NCBI RefSeq assembly: GCF_036321535.1
Contig: NC_087437.1
Span: 3,410,001 to 3,474,000 of the forward strand
Direction: 5' to 3'
Length of the DNA stretch: 64,000 nucleotides
DNA from: Camelus dromedarius
Lineage: Eukaryota
The position numbers and the translations under genes were made by a program. A model generated the notes under the pieces. That model saw only the letters and a program-made list of their open reading frames with translations. It did not search any database and was not told the origin of the DNA. Shown in pieces: positions 63,343 to 64,000 of the stretch (within the stretch, counting starts at the first letter, position 1; each line of letters starts with the position of its first letter).

Positions 63343-64000
63343 AGGGCTGCCCCAGGGGCCCACCTACCTATCCCTATGTTGAAGTCCCTCTACTCCGAGG
63401 CTCCTGCCCTCTGCGCCTGCGCCCCTCTCCCGGCTGCCTCACCGGCTCCTGGTGCCTACCACCTCCAACAGCTGTTGGTTTCTTGCTTCATCACATGGAT
63501 CTGGATTCTCCTCCGATGGCTCCACCTCTCAGTTTCAAAGACACCCTCTTTGGCTCAAACACACCCCCCTGCACCCCGTTTTGGGGTCCAGACTCCCTGA
63601 GACCGCGTTTGCCGACCCTCCTGTCTTCCTTTCCCATCTCACTCAGACCAAACCCTACACCCACAGTCCATCATGTCTCCTGTAACCCACTGCCTTGCCT
63701 CTCTCCTTCCTCGCACTTCTCTCTGCATCGTATCCTCAGCCCTGCTGAACACGGGTGTGGGGGAGACGTGTGTGTGCACCCCCAGCCTGAGGACCTACAG
63801 TCCCACTGTACGCGGGCCGTCTCCAAGCTCAGTCGCGTCCTTCTGCATTTCTTTCATTGACTTGCCTGCCACGTCAAGACCAATGCCTGCCTCGTACCTT
63901 CTGAGGACACCGCCACCCACATCCAGCAGACGGTCTTGCTTCATGTCACCAAGAGGAGATTCCAGCCCCTTCACCCCACTGCTAACGGAGCCCCCTCCTC

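Noticed and set aside
7500..64000. NUDT16 or NEK11, the neighbours of MRPL3 in human
   Set aside because: No recognisable peptide from either protein was seen. They probably lie beyond the window.

Overview
Mammalian genomic DNA, most likely camelid (camel/alpaca), judged from tRNA-derived vic-1-type SINEs and artiodactyl-type L1 3' ends. The first 7.5 kb hold the last three coding exons and 3' UTR of MRPL3 (+ strand). The remaining ~56 kb is intergenic and dominated by transposable elements. These include an ~11 kb stack of nested L1s (one full-length but dead), a degraded ERV1-like provirus, several solo LTRs, a fossil hAT-Tip100 (Zaphod-like) transposase, young L1s with perfect TSDs (one with a twin-priming inversion), SINEs and MIR/L2 remnants. 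I recognise no second intact protein-coding gene, RNA gene or CRISPR array, and I found no convincing new biological system. The best leads are a solo LTR with a phased CCAAT/octamer promoter, an orphan CpG island next to repeats showing AT-to-GC drift, and a few unexplained exon-like unique segments. Repeat family names come from recalled consensus sequences and need RepeatMasker/Dfam confirmation. Repeat boundaries without TSDs are approximate.
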